Below, one piece after another: positions 26,868 through 36,021 of a stretch of DNA of 64,000 nucleotides (position 1 is the first letter of the stretch; each line of letters starts with the position of its first letter). The position numbers were made by a program, and so were the translations under genes. The stretch lies in IMG/VR virus record IMGVR_UViG_3300021256_000099, positions 4,236 to 68,235 of that record. The stretch is one strand, 5' to 3'. A model generated the notes under the pieces. That model was not told the DNA's origin. It saw nothing but the letters and a program-made list of their open reading frames with translations, and did no database searches. The stretch comes from a virus (taxonomy: Duplodnaviria; Caudoviricetes).

Positions 26868-27371
26868 ATGGTTAGACACTTAATGGACAAAGTAGAAATT
26901 AAAAGAAATACAAATGGTGATACCAGAGTAGCAGAAAAAACACCTACTTTTTATGAGTTCTCAGATGCAAACACTTCTCACATTGAAGACGTAAAAAGTA
27001 TGATGAGAGCAATTGCGTATATGATTAATGATGCAGGAGCAAATCACGATTGGACAAAAACAAAAGAGCCATACAGAAGCAATTTCTACCGTGACCTTTG
27101 TAACACCATTGAAGGCAGAATCAAATTCGAAGATGGACAATGGAACAAAGACCACTATGCTCTCGAAAGACATCATCTACTGAAGAGATGCCCTGATGAT
27201 GTAAATCTTATCGATGTAATCGAAATGATTTGTGACTGTGTCTGCGCAGGAATGGCAAGAAGTGGAGAGGTTAGAGATTTAGAAATCAGTGAAGACATAC
27301 TGGTGAAGGCTGTAAGAAATACAGTTGAAATGTGTAAAGAAGCGGTTGTGTTGGAAGGAGAACAGGAATGA
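26868..27371 (+). CDS. HD-like phosphohydrolase candidate (DUF5662-like)
   Basis: NHDWTK, DHYALERHH, DVIEMICDCVCAGMARS. Confidence 0.55.
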   Translation: MVRHLMDKVEIKRNTNGDTRVAEKTPTFYEFSDANTSHIEDVKSMMRAIAYMINDAGANHDWTKTKEPYRSNFYRDLCNTIEGRIKFEDGQWNKDHYALERHHLLKRCPDDVNLIDVIEMICDCVCAGMARSGEVRDLEISEDILVKAVRNTVEMCKEAVVLEGEQE

Positions 27372-27543
27372 AAACAGCAATAGCAAAACCTTTATCTGCC
27401 GTCATGATCATCATATCTTGTATCGTGCTTTTTTAAGTCATGATGAAGTGGCGGTTCCTATAAGTGCCTTTATGTTGGTCGTGGGAATGATTGTATTGCT
27501 GACAACGGCAATCATTGACATGGTGGAAGGAAGGTGAGCAGGA

Positions 27544-27744
27544 ATGGGAAAGGCAGAATTAAAACCATGCCCATTTTGTGGCGGAAAAGCAGTTTTACTA
27601 AGTAGCGTATTTTTTTCTGCATCAGCAGAAGTAAGATGTAAAAAATGTGGAGTAAGAACGATAGAGTATAAAGGTATGAATTATTCGGATGTTGAACTAT
27701 TGGCATCCCAAGCGTGGAACAGGAGAGTAGGAGAGCAGGAATGA
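27544..27744 (+). CDS. Lar-family restriction alleviation protein
   Basis: LKPCPFCGGKA...CKKCG...AWNRR. Confidence 0.75.
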   Translation: MGKAELKPCPFCGGKAVLLSSVFFSASAEVRCKKCGVRTIEYKGMNYSDVELLASQAWNRRVGEQE

Positions 27745-27899
27745 GTAGATATTATGTCGAGGGGACTTTTGAAGGTTACATCGAAGCGGATTCAGCAGAT
27801 GAAGCTGAAGGCAACTTTGACGAGCATGATATTGATGACATTACTATCTTGTCGGTTTATAAGGACGAAGACGAGGATGAGGATGGTGAGGAAGAATGA
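27741..27899 (+). CDS. Small acidic hypothetical protein
   Basis: ATG 27741, coupled. Confidence 0.5.
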   Translation: MSRYYVEGTFEGYIEADSADEAEGNFDEHDIDDITILSVYKDEDEDEDGEEE

Positions 27900-28244
27900 T
27901 ACAGATTGATATGGATATGCCATCGGACTGTTTATATTGTCCAACACTTCAACGTTGTGGGAAAAGATGGTACTGCGGGATCAATAAGAAAGAGCTTTTC
28001 GGTGTTTTTAAACGGGATGAATCCTGTCCGTTGATTGAGGCAAAGGATGGCTGCGAACAAAGATGACACATCAAGAATTAATGATTGAGTGCGATATGTT
28101 ACAAGGTAACATTAACCGTATGATGGTTACGAAAGACCTGAGAGAACTAACACGGATGTACGAATTTGCTGAAATGAGATTGCAGAAAATACATAAGGAA
28201 CGTGTTAAGGAACTGGATGTAAAGATGGAAGGCGGTAATTAGGG

Positions 28245-28670
28245 ATGATTATTTGTGGATTCCCCGGAGTGGGAAAAACGATAATGGCAAAGTTTAGCAA
28301 TTGGGTGGACTTAGAAAGCACACCGTTTGAAAAGAACTGGTTGCTGTATGCAAATGTGGCAAAGCACATGAGCAACAACGGATACACAGTCATGGTATCG
28401 ACACACGCAGAAATGTTAGATGCGTTGGAGCAGCTTGAAGCAAGTTACATCGTTGTAATACCACCGTTGACTGACAAAGCCACATATAGAAAGCGGTATA
28501 TCCAAAGGGGAAACGATCAAGCTTTTATAGACAATGTAATGAATAATTGGGATGTGTGGCTTGAAGGAATCTGTGGTTGGCCGACTATGTGTAAAACAGT
28601 TGTGGTACTTCCAAAAGACGGGTGTTTGCGAGCGTTAGCGGAAACGTGGAAAAGTGGTGGTCAGGAATGA
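28245..28670 (+). CDS. P-loop NTPase/kinase-like protein
   Basis: MIICGFPGVGKT Walker A; DLES. Confidence 0.75.
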   Translation: MIICGFPGVGKTIMAKFSNWVDLESTPFEKNWLLYANVAKHMSNNGYTVMVSTHAEMLDALEQLEASYIVVIPPLTDKATYRKRYIQRGNDQAFIDNVMNNWDVWLEGICGWPTMCKTVVVLPKDGCLRALAETWKSGGQE

Positions 28671-28833
28671 AAAAATATGTGATCACAAAAGAAGGTTATT
28701 CACAGACTATTGTCAACATGACAGAACGTGAAGCAAGGGTGCTTGAAAGGTTTATAGAATGGGCATGTCCCACTGCCGATTACTTTATCGAATCTGTTGA
28801 CGATTATGAAGCGGAAGATTGGGGATTGCAGGA

Positions 28834-29178
28834 ATGAGCGAAGAGATAAATGCCGTAATTGATAAGCTGTGCGAGAAGTTGGGGACAACAGCACAGTGTC
28901 TGATTCCAGAGATGGCAAAACTGGGGATAGCAGAGGCGATAGTTGGAATTATTTTTTCAGCCTTGATTTTGATGGTTTTGATATACCTTTTCCCTAAATC
29001 GCTCAAACGTGATGACAGGGAGTTTTCGGCATGGTCTGTTATACTTACAGTCATAATAGTGGCAGATGTTGTCTTGCTTTGGTGTAGCGTTCTCGACCTC
29101 GCCGGGTGGATCACATCACCTACAGCAAAAGCGATTAAGGAAATTATAAATACGGTAACTCTGATGAGGTCAGCATAA
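28834..29178 (+). CDS. Membrane hypothetical protein
   Basis: Two hydrophobic helices; ATG 28834. Confidence 0.6.
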   Translation: MSEEINAVIDKLCEKLGTTAQCLIPEMAKLGIAEAIVGIIFSALILMVLIYLFPKSLKRDDREFSAWSVILTVIIVADVVLLWCSVLDLAGWITSPTAKAIKEIINTVTLMRSA

Positions 29179-29179
29179 T

Positions 29180-29374
29180 ATGGGAGACATATCCACAAGG
29201 GAAATTGTGAAGGCATTATATTATATCATTGACTGCGTAATTTTTTACGACAGGGTAAGCAAGTTGCCGTGTTGCAACACATGCGGAAAGCTAAAAGACT
29301 GTGAATACAGACCAGAATGGGGTGACAATACACGGATTAACTGTCCCATTTGGGAGAAAGAAGAAAATGGATAA
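29180..29374 (+). CDS. Cys-rich hypothetical protein
   Basis: CCNTCG...C...NCPIW. Confidence 0.55.
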   Translation: MGDISTREIVKALYYIIDCVIFYDRVSKLPCCNTCGKLKDCEYRPEWGDNTRINCPIWEKEENG

Positions 29375-29753
29375 GCTGATAACAATGTCAACAGCACTTA
29401 AGCTGCATACTAGAATGTGGTCTGATATGCGAGAAGCGTTAGGCGATTGCCCGGACTGGAAAAAACGTGTTTGGTACAAGATAGACTGGTGTAAAGAACA
29501 CGGATTCGAAGATGTAAAGAATGATTGCTTTCTTTGTGAACATGTAGACCAGTTGGGCAGGATGATTGGGCATGAGTTGTCGTGTGGTTGGTGTCCTGTT
29601 ATGTGGCCTACAGCGGATGGGAGATGTTATTTTAAGGATTATAAAAAAGGATCTGACGGCTATTATTTCAGCGAACCTTATTATTTAGAAGCACCTATAT
29701 CAGAGATTCTGGGTTTACCAATTTGGGAGAGGATAACAACGAAGAATGATTAA
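29367..29753 (+). CDS. Cys-rich family paralogue 4
   Basis: ALKLHTRMWSDM, CFLCEH, CGWCPVMW, PISEILGLP. Confidence 0.8.
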   Translation: MDKLITMSTALKLHTRMWSDMREALGDCPDWKKRVWYKIDWCKEHGFEDVKNDCFLCEHVDQLGRMIGHELSCGWCPVMWPTADGRCYFKDYKKGSDGYYFSEPYYLEAPISEILGLPIWERITTKND

Positions 29754-29997
29754 ACGAGTAATTGCAATCCTTATCGCAGTAATTATGCTGACAGGATGTT
29801 CTAAAGTAACCGAGGCCGAGAAAGAAAGGCCTGACGAGAGTAGGTTTGCCATTGTAGAAGTAACAGGAATGTGGATAATCGTTGCGGATAGAGAAGAAGG
29901 TGTTATGTATACTGTCTCTCATGGAACGTATAATGGCGGAACGTTTACGTTGCTTGTTGACAAAGATGGCAAACCGTTGATCTGGGACGGGGAATAA
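29746..29997 (+). CDS. Small lipoprotein
   Basis: Lipobox MLTGC after a hydrophobic stretch. Confidence 0.7.
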   Translation: MIKRVIAILIAVIMLTGCSKVTEAEKERPDESRFAIVEVTGMWIIVADREEGVMYTVSHGTYNGGTFTLLVDKDGKPLIWDGE

Positions 29998-30001
29998 TTT
30001 T

Positions 30002-30370
30002 TTGGAGCAAAGAATAATGAAAGAACTGCGCTGTCCGAACTGTGGCGGATATGTGAATCCAAAAACTTGTGTCTGCGAATATTGCGGAACAAGGTTTGAA
30101 AAAACTTTTGACAGTGTTCCGACAATAAAATACGTAGTGGAAAGTCCGAAGGTCAGGACGCTCGCCTATGCGATGCATGTGGATGGAAATGATGTAATGC
30201 ATTTCGGGGCAGACAAGGTATCAGAATGGTGTGTCAGGGAAATGTCCTCTAATCTGGCAAAACAGCTTGAACCGTTTATAACGTTAGAAGTCGAGGATGA
30301 TCCTTGCGGTTTCCACAAGTTGGTCAGGGGTAAGGTAAGACTTGTAGACCCGTCATTTAGATTTGTATAA
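30002..30370 (+). CDS. Zn-ribbon protein (paralogue of 24394)
   Basis: CPNCGG...CEYCGT. Confidence 0.65.
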   Translation: MEQRIMKELRCPNCGGYVNPKTCVCEYCGTRFEKTFDSVPTIKYVVESPKVRTLAYAMHVDGNDVMHFGADKVSEWCVREMSSNLAKQLEPFITLEVEDDPCGFHKLVRGKVRLVDPSFRFV

Positions 30371-30379
30371 GGAGACTAT

Positions 30380-30673
30380 ATGAGAAATGAACGCCGTTGT
30401 ACACGGTGCAAGCATATTGATGTTATTCCTGAGAAAGAACCTTGTTACTCGTGTCTATGTGACAAAGAACGCCGAAACTTTGAGCCAAATAATGACCCGG
30501 CAAAGAAAGCTAAGATTGTCAGTAGGCTTAGTTCGTGGCAATACACAATCGGATATGTACAAGGGATATTGGTTGAATCTGACATAAAAGATAAGTCTGT
30601 AACCGACTTGCTTGAAGGGTTGGCTGCAGATATTCAAGGTTTTGTCTCAGATGTGTTGAACGATATGGAGTAG
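30380..30673 (+). CDS. Cys-rich hypothetical protein
   Basis: CTRCKH...EPCYSC. Confidence 0.6.
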   Translation: MRNERRCTRCKHIDVIPEKEPCYSCLCDKERRNFEPNNDPAKKAKIVSRLSSWQYTIGYVQGILVESDIKDKSVTDLLEGLAADIQGFVSDVLNDME

Positions 30674-30699
30674 GTTCGGATTTTTTGTAGGAGACAAAT

Positions 30700-30999
30700 A
30701 TGGCAAGGAAAGAGTTTAAAGAAGGTACACCAGAACGCAAGCTGATGTCTTGGTTCATGGGCATCTCACAGGCGAACTGGACACCAGAAGAGAATGACGA
30801 GTACTGGCAAAAATTCATTGCTGATGCCGAGAAATTTACCGGGGAGTTCTGCAATCCTTCCAGTTTCAAAAATGCGGAAGAGAGGTTACTTGGTGATTTG
30901 GCTAAAGCTATTATCTTGGATCTGTCCATGTACCTTGAAGCCAAGGCCCGTTTAGGACTTTTTAAGACACAAGAGGAGAGTAAAGATGGAGTTAACTAA
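30700..30999 (+). CDS. Hypothetical protein
   Basis: AGGAG RBS. Confidence 0.6.
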   Translation: MARKEFKEGTPERKLMSWFMGISQANWTPEENDEYWQKFIADAEKFTGEFCNPSSFKNAEERLLGDLAKAIILDLSMYLEAKARLGLFKTQEESKDGVN

Positions 31000-31342
31000 A
31001 GAAAAGACACTTGAGCTGCATCGGCAGATGTGGTCAGATATGAGAGACGAACTGGGGGATAATCCGTCATTTGATGAACGGTGGGAGTTCAAACGTGATT
31101 GGGTTACAGAACACTTTCCTTCAGAAACTGTAATACATTACTGCTTTCTGTGTGAGTACGCAATAAACGAGGAAGGCAATCACACAAATGTTTGCAGTGC
31201 AGTTTGCGCTTATTGCCCTTTAAAGTGGACTGCGAAACACATTCCAAATACGTGCGAAGGTTATGACTACTTTAACACTCTTCACAACTGTGATTGGAGA
31301 TTCAGTCCCATAAGCGATATCCTTGCGCTCACGGAGAAGTAA
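30986..31342 (+). CDS. Cys-rich family paralogue 5
   Basis: LELHRQMWSDM, CFLCEY, CAYCPLKW, PISDILAL. Confidence 0.8.
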   Translation: MELTKEKTLELHRQMWSDMRDELGDNPSFDERWEFKRDWVTEHFPSETVIHYCFLCEYAINEEGNHTNVCSAVCAYCPLKWTAKHIPNTCEGYDYFNTLHNCDWRFSPISDILALTEK

Positions 31343-31409
31343 CAAGATTTTTGCAAATTGCCTGTGATGTGCTATGATAGGTATGTCACAGGCTCTTTTA
31401 GAGGATAAA

Positions 31410-32609
31410 ATGGGAAAGGACAGAAAAGGAAGAGAATTAGGCGAAGGACTAAGACAACGAGTAAACGGAAAGTATGAGGCAAGGTTCGTAGACAGGTTTG
31501 GAAAACGGATCAGCATCTACGGCGATACATTGCAGGATGTCAGGAAGAAGAGACTCCAAGCGTTGGCTGTAGATTTTTCCAGAAAAGCCATCCGGGAAGA
31601 GATGACACTCGACCAATGGTATTACAGGTGGTTAGAAGTGTACAAAAGACATTCTTTGAGACAGGACTCACTCTGCTATTATAAGAACGTCTACGAGAAG
31701 AATATCGAGGTGGAACTGGGCAATGTGAAGTTGACAGACATCACCAAGTCGATGATCCAAGATGTCATCAAGAAAGCACATGACAAAGGATATGGGTACG
31801 AGCGTCAGAACAAGATACGAATCATGCTATCTGACATGTTCGACCGTGCGATAGAGGATGACTTGCTGTTGAAGAACCCGGCAAAGGGTGTCAGGACGAT
31901 ATCGAAGAAGAGCGTGGCTGCGGAATTTTTGACGCAAGAGGAGCAGAGAGAATTTTGCATAGCTTGCTCTGGGACTTTCTACGAAAATGCCTTCATGACT
32001 CAGCTTAACACAGGTCTGCGTCCGGGCGAGCTGTACGGACTCAAAGAGGAAGACATCGATTTTGATGGCGGGATCATCAGGGTGAGGCGGACACTTGTCT
32101 ACCAGAAGTATGAGGAAGACACCGGGAAGACATTTCACGAGGAAGAACCCAAAACGCCTCAGTCAATCAGGGATGTGCCGATGAACAGCGAGTGCAGGAA
32201 ATTTTTGCAGAGACAGGTGTGCCAGAAAAGGGTTGTCGCATCCAATAACCCTGACAGGACTTGCCATTATCTTTTTGTGACCGGGCGGAATTCACCGCTA
32301 AATGCGTCCATCTACAACGATGCTATAAAACGGATCGTCACTGACATGAATGCGATGAGGATCAAAGAGGAACAGTTGCCATATTTTTCAGCGCATTGCT
32401 TTAGACATACCTTCGCTACCAGATGCTTTGAGGCGGGAGTCGATGCAAAAGTAGTCCAGAAATTTTTAGGACACGCATCAATCAAGATGACGATGGATCT
32501 CTATACTCACGTTGTGCAGGATAAGATGCTTGACTCGATAGAGATGATTGTGCCGGGAGACTGCGGTTTCGACTCAGTCGAAATTGACTGGAGTGCTGTG
32601 GGGTATTGA
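31410..32609 (+). CDS. int: Tyrosine integrase (Tn916-like N-terminal DNA-binding domain)
   Basis: GKDRKGRELGEGLRQR..GKYEARF; TGLRPGE, PKT, HCFRHTFATR, LGHASIKMTMDLYTH. Confidence 0.92.
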   Translation: MGKDRKGRELGEGLRQRVNGKYEARFVDRFGKRISIYGDTLQDVRKKRLQALAVDFSRKAIREEMTLDQWYYRWLEVYKRHSLRQDSLCYYKNVYEKNIEVELGNVKLTDITKSMIQDVIKKAHDKGYGYERQNKIRIMLSDMFDRAIEDDLLLKNPAKGVRTISKKSVAAEFLTQEEQREFCIACSGTFYENAFMTQLNTGLRPGELYGLKEEDIDFDGGIIRVRRTLVYQKYEEDTGKTFHEEEPKTPQSIRDVPMNSECRKFLQRQVCQKRVVASNNPDRTCHYLFVTGRNSPLNASIYNDAIKRIVTDMNAMRIKEEQLPYFSAHCFRHTFATRCFEAGVDAKVVQKFLGHASIKMTMDLYTHVVQDKMLDSIEMIVPGDCGFDSVEIDWSAVGY

Positions 32610-32856
32610 TTGCTTAACTTGGTCACAAAATGGCTTAATTACGTCATTTTTTGGAATTTGACCAAGATGAAAATCGACTTATTACGTTTATCAGGCAACG
32701 CCTTATGACATCTCAACAATCAGTGAATAATGGCTCAGATAAGCCGAAAGGAGAGAGTGCGACAATGTTCGACATGAAAATGAAATACGGATAGAAAGTG
32801 CCATAGATTTCGAGTGAAATGAAGCTGAAGGAGTGCCAGTGGGGTACAGGATTTTT

Positions 32857-32895
32857 TGTGGGGTCTGTGACAAAGAACAAGGGAGAACAGGTACA
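32857..32895 (-). terminator. Terminator for the minus-strand early operon (probably bidirectional)
   Basis: AAGGGAGAACAG/CTGCTCTCCCTT hairpin. Confidence 0.6.
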
Positions 32896-32916
32896 TTCTG
32901 CTCTCCCTTTTATATT

Positions 32917-33156
32917 TCAGCCGTTGTTGTATTCTTCCAGACTGATTCCTGCCATCTTGATTGCCCACTCAAGATTTTTGCGGTCTGCGTCCAGTTCTTT
33001 GATTTTTAACAGTTTGTGCAATGCCACATCGGCAAAGTGCGGATCATCTTTATGTCCGTTTGCCCAAGTCAGGAACAGGTCGATGTAATCTCTATACTCG
33101 ATGTCCCGATTGTTCTTGAGCATGATGATTGTATCCTCAATTCCCATATCTTTCAC
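32917..33156 (-). CDS. Hypothetical protein
   Basis: Coupled with the upstream gene. Confidence 0.6.
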   Translation of the reverse strand: MKDMGIEDTIIMLKNNRDIEYRDYIDLFLTWANGHKDDPHFADVALHKLLKIKELDADRKNLEWAIKMAGISLEEYNNG

Positions 33157-33569
33157 ACTCCATCATACCATGCGATCACTCCGTCCTCGTAGACTTCCAA
33201 CCAGACTGTGTTGATGCACTCTTCCTCAAACTCTTCTAAAGTCATGTCCTGATAAAAGTCTGTGCGCTCATCCAGAGCTGCTTTGATAGTTTTTGCCGTC
33301 ATAAGCTGTTCCGGGGTCATTTTGACAATGAACAGGATTTTGTAGGTATCTTCCTTAACATTGTTGACACTACCCTTGAATCTGTAGATGGTCTTTTCCG
33401 CCAATCTGTCAAGCTGATAGTCTGTGAGTTCTTTCTGGCTTAATTCTCTGCCGTAAACGAGGATGTCGAAATATTTGTCTGTCGGATCATCCTCTCTACG
33501 GATAAGTCCAGTCATCGGCTGACACATTGGAGCAAATCCTCTTAAGCGCATGCCATATCTAAATTCCAT
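33153..33569 (-). CDS. DarA C-terminal-like (defence against restriction) domain protein
   Basis: YGMRLRGFAPMCQP...FDILVYGRELSQKELTDYQLD matches the DarA_C pattern as recalled. Confidence 0.6.
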   Translation of the reverse strand: MEFRYGMRLRGFAPMCQPMTGLIRREDDPTDKYFDILVYGRELSQKELTDYQLDRLAEKTIYRFKGSVNNVKEDTYKILFIVKMTPEQLMTAKTIKAALDERTDFYQDMTLEEFEEECINTVWLEVYEDGVIAWYDGV

Positions 33570-33574
33570 GTTTG

Positions 33575-33775
33575 TTACCTTGCCCTTTCTCTGTGGTCTC
33601 TGATTGCGTTTAATGCCCCTTCAAAGGTCATTGCCATCTCAATCGTTCTGTTGCCATAAGCTGCTCCGTAGGGGTATCTGCCCCCGCCTCTGGAATAGAT
33701 GTAGTAGCCATCCTCTGTCTTCCTATAGACCAGAGCGTTCTTGGTGTCACTAAAATCCATATACTCAATCATCAT
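33575..33775 (-). CDS. Hypothetical protein
   Basis: ORF track; coupled. Confidence 0.55.
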   Translation of the reverse strand: MMIEYMDFSDTKNALVYRKTEDGYYIYSRGGGRYPYGAAYGNRTIEMAMTFEGALNAIRDHRERAR

Positions 33776-34287
33776 TATCCCCTTTCTGAAATGTATATGA
33801 CCTCTGGCTCTTGTGTAGGTTCGCCGTCTCTGCCATAGGACTCCTTCACAATCCAGAACTCTGTCACAACGGCATCATACCCGCTGATGGATACCACCGT
33901 CTTATAGTTTTTTGCCTCTTCCAGAGCCGTCTCCTCGTCCTCTGTTGACAGGATAGTCATAGGGACTGCCTTGGGATTTTTTGCGACACATCCGGGTTCG
34001 AGATCATCTACCTTGGCCGCATCAAATCTGCCCTGTGCAAGCTTCAGCGAGTAGGTTGTCTGTTCAAACTCCTTGCCGTCATCCTTATCCATCTGGGCAT
34101 AAAGTGCGATGGCGATATATCGTGCTACAGATACGCCTTTTCGCTCTGCATGCTCGACTAACTGCTGTTTCGTGCCGAGCGGAAGATTCGCCTCGATTCG
34201 GTCATACTTGGATCTGCGTTTCCCGTCATCCCCGACAGGCCTCATGATTTTTCCTTTAAACTCTTTGCCTTTGTATTCGATTGCCAT
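33775..34287 (-). CDS. Ribbon-helix-helix-like DNA-binding domain protein
   Basis: KYDRIEANLPLGTKQQLVEHAERKGVSVARYI. Confidence 0.6.
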   Translation of the reverse strand: MAIEYKGKEFKGKIMRPVGDDGKRRSKYDRIEANLPLGTKQQLVEHAERKGVSVARYIAIALYAQMDKDDGKEFEQTTYSLKLAQGRFDAAKVDDLEPGCVAKNPKAVPMTILSTEDEETALEEAKNYKTVVSISGYDAVVTEFWIVKESYGRDGEPTQEPEVIYISERG

Positions 34288-34414
34288 TTTTAATCTCCTT
34301 ATCTTGCTTATTCTGGGCGATTCCAGACATCCTGCTCCAGATTATAGGCTGTAATACAAAAGTGCCCAGAATCGCCCGATATCGTGTTAATATGCTTTCT
34401 CTGCGAGTTCCGCC

Positions 34415-34606
34415 TTAATATTCCTCTCTGGTTATCCATCCGTGCTGTACATTGGTGTAGGTTGCCTCAACCTCGATATAATTGCCGTACCAGATAATGT
34501 AGTATCTGCCGTCTTCTACACTGCGGTAAACCGTTCGTCTGATTGTCTTTTTACTACCTCTCAGGTAGACTCTGCAATCCGAAAGATGCCTTTTCACTCT
34601 CCCCAC
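34415..34606 (-). CDS. Hypothetical early protein
   Basis: ORF track; co-oriented. Confidence 0.55.
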   Translation of the reverse strand: MGRVKRHLSDCRVYLRGSKKTIRRTVYRSVEDGRYYIIWYGNYIEVEATYTNVQHGWITREEY

Positions 34607-34944
34607 CTTTCTGCTTCTTCCTTGATGATGTACATAATTACCCAGACCTGTTCGTCTCTGAACCAGTCTGCCAGTTCATCGAGCTGCACCTCGTCCTCTA
34701 CGTCATCCTCTACATGTGCAAAGATGGATGCGAGGTAGTAGAGTTCCCTGTCTTCCCAGTCTTTTGCCACCAAAAAGTCATTGCTACCGGGAGTAACCTC
34801 AAGAGTCTCGATTTCTCCGTCAGACCATATATAAACCTTATAGCCTACTCTACCGCCGTATTCAGCAGACCGCTTATAGCTGTCTACCAGTGCATCTTCA
34901 ATGATGGTTTCAAACTTTTTGTACACTTCCAACTTTACTGCCAT
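34594..34944 (-). CDS. Acidic hypothetical early protein
   Basis: AAAGGA RBS. Confidence 0.6.
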   Translation of the reverse strand: MAVKLEVYKKFETIIEDALVDSYKRSAEYGGRVGYKVYIWSDGEIETLEVTPGSNDFLVAKDWEDRELYYLASIFAHVEDDVEDEVQLDELADWFRDEQVWVIMYIIKEEAERWGE

Positions 34945-35025
34945 TATTTTATTTCCTTTCTTTTTATTGTTGGTTAATGTCCTTACCTCTGCCCTGTTCC
35001 GTGGATCAGAGCAGAAATTCGGATA

Positions 35026-35319
35026 TCAGCCATTGCATTCTGCCATCGTCTTCAGCAGTTCTCTGCCTTCTTTGTAGGAGTTTGCCCATCTAAAAAAATG
35101 GGTATTTGCGAATTTTTCTATATCGCAACCGAGCCACAGAACGTCCATGTCATCTGTTACGCACCATGCGTACTGGTTCATCCAGACACATTTCTTGAGG
35201 AGATAGTAGCCGTTGAGGAAGTACCCCATGATTTTGCCGTCAGAATCAAACAGTTTCTCAATTTTTGCTTTAGCCATCGTTATCTCCTTTCTTAATAATG
35301 CCCTGCTGCTATGTCCCAC
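35026..35319 (-). CDS. Hypothetical early protein
   Basis: Probable start MAKAKIE after AAGGAG. Confidence 0.55.
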   Translation of the reverse strand: MGHSSRALLRKEITMAKAKIEKLFDSDGKIMGYFLNGYYLLKKCVWMNQYAWCVTDDMDVLWLGCDIEKFANTHFFRWANSYKEGRELLKTMAECNG

Positions 35320-35483
35320 ATGTCTTCGACCTTACGGACGATATACCTGATGTCCTTTTTGGTGTATCCTTCCTCTACGAGCGTCTCCCGGATGTCTTCC
35401 TCTTCCCGGTAACAGCAGTTAAACATCCTCAATGCTCTGCTGTCTAGAGCTGCTTTTTTTGCATAGTCGAGATTCTGATTCAT
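35292..35483 (-). CDS. Hypothetical early protein
   Basis: AAAGGAG RBS. Confidence 0.55.
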   Translation of the reverse strand: MNQNLDYAKKAALDSRALRMFNCCYREEEDIRETLVEEGYTKKDIRYIVRKVEDMWDIAAGHY

Positions 35484-35734
35484 TCCGATACTCCTTTCTC
35501 AAAGCATCTGCCGTAGATGTTCCCAAGTGCCATGTCTGCCATGTGTGCCATCACACTGGGGAAGTTTGCGTATCTTTCTACCAGCCGCTTGTGTTTGGTG
35601 GGGTAGTGATTTCCATCATATGCACGATAGGCGTAATAGATGCTGTACGGATTGGTCTTGCCTTCTTCCTCATAGATTGTGAAGATTCCCGGCATGTTCG
35701 GCATATTCAGTTCGCCGATTTTTCTTTTTTTCAT
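35480..35734 (-). CDS. Hypothetical early protein
   Basis: GAGGAG RBS. Confidence 0.6.
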   Translation of the reverse strand: MKKRKIGELNMPNMPGIFTIYEEEGKTNPYSIYYAYRAYDGNHYPTKHKRLVERYANFPSVMAHMADMALGNIYGRCFEKGVSE

Positions 35735-35814
35735 GTTGTTTCTCCTCTTGTACTTTTGTTAGTGTCCTTACCTCTGCCCTATTCCGAAGAGCAGGACAGA
35801 AGTCTGGATACCAA

Positions 35815-36021
35815 TCATTCAGAGACTACAATTATAGAAAACATCGTAGGAATCTGTCCGGGGACGTTTAACAATTCCTCGACAACTTCCTTTTTGTACG
35901 TACCTTCCAAAATGAAGGTCGCACGTTCTTTCGTGATTTCCGCCTCTGTTCCGTCTGCTTTAGAGATTCTGAAGTATTTCATTTGAGCTGCTCCTTTCAA
36001 ATGTTGTCTCTGCGTTGCCAC
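35815..36021 (-). CDS. Hypothetical early protein
   Basis: Probable start MKYFRI after AAAGGAG. Confidence 0.55.
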   Translation of the reverse strand: MATQRQHLKGAAQMKYFRISKADGTEAEITKERATFILEGTYKKEVVEELLNVPGQIPTMFSIIVVSE

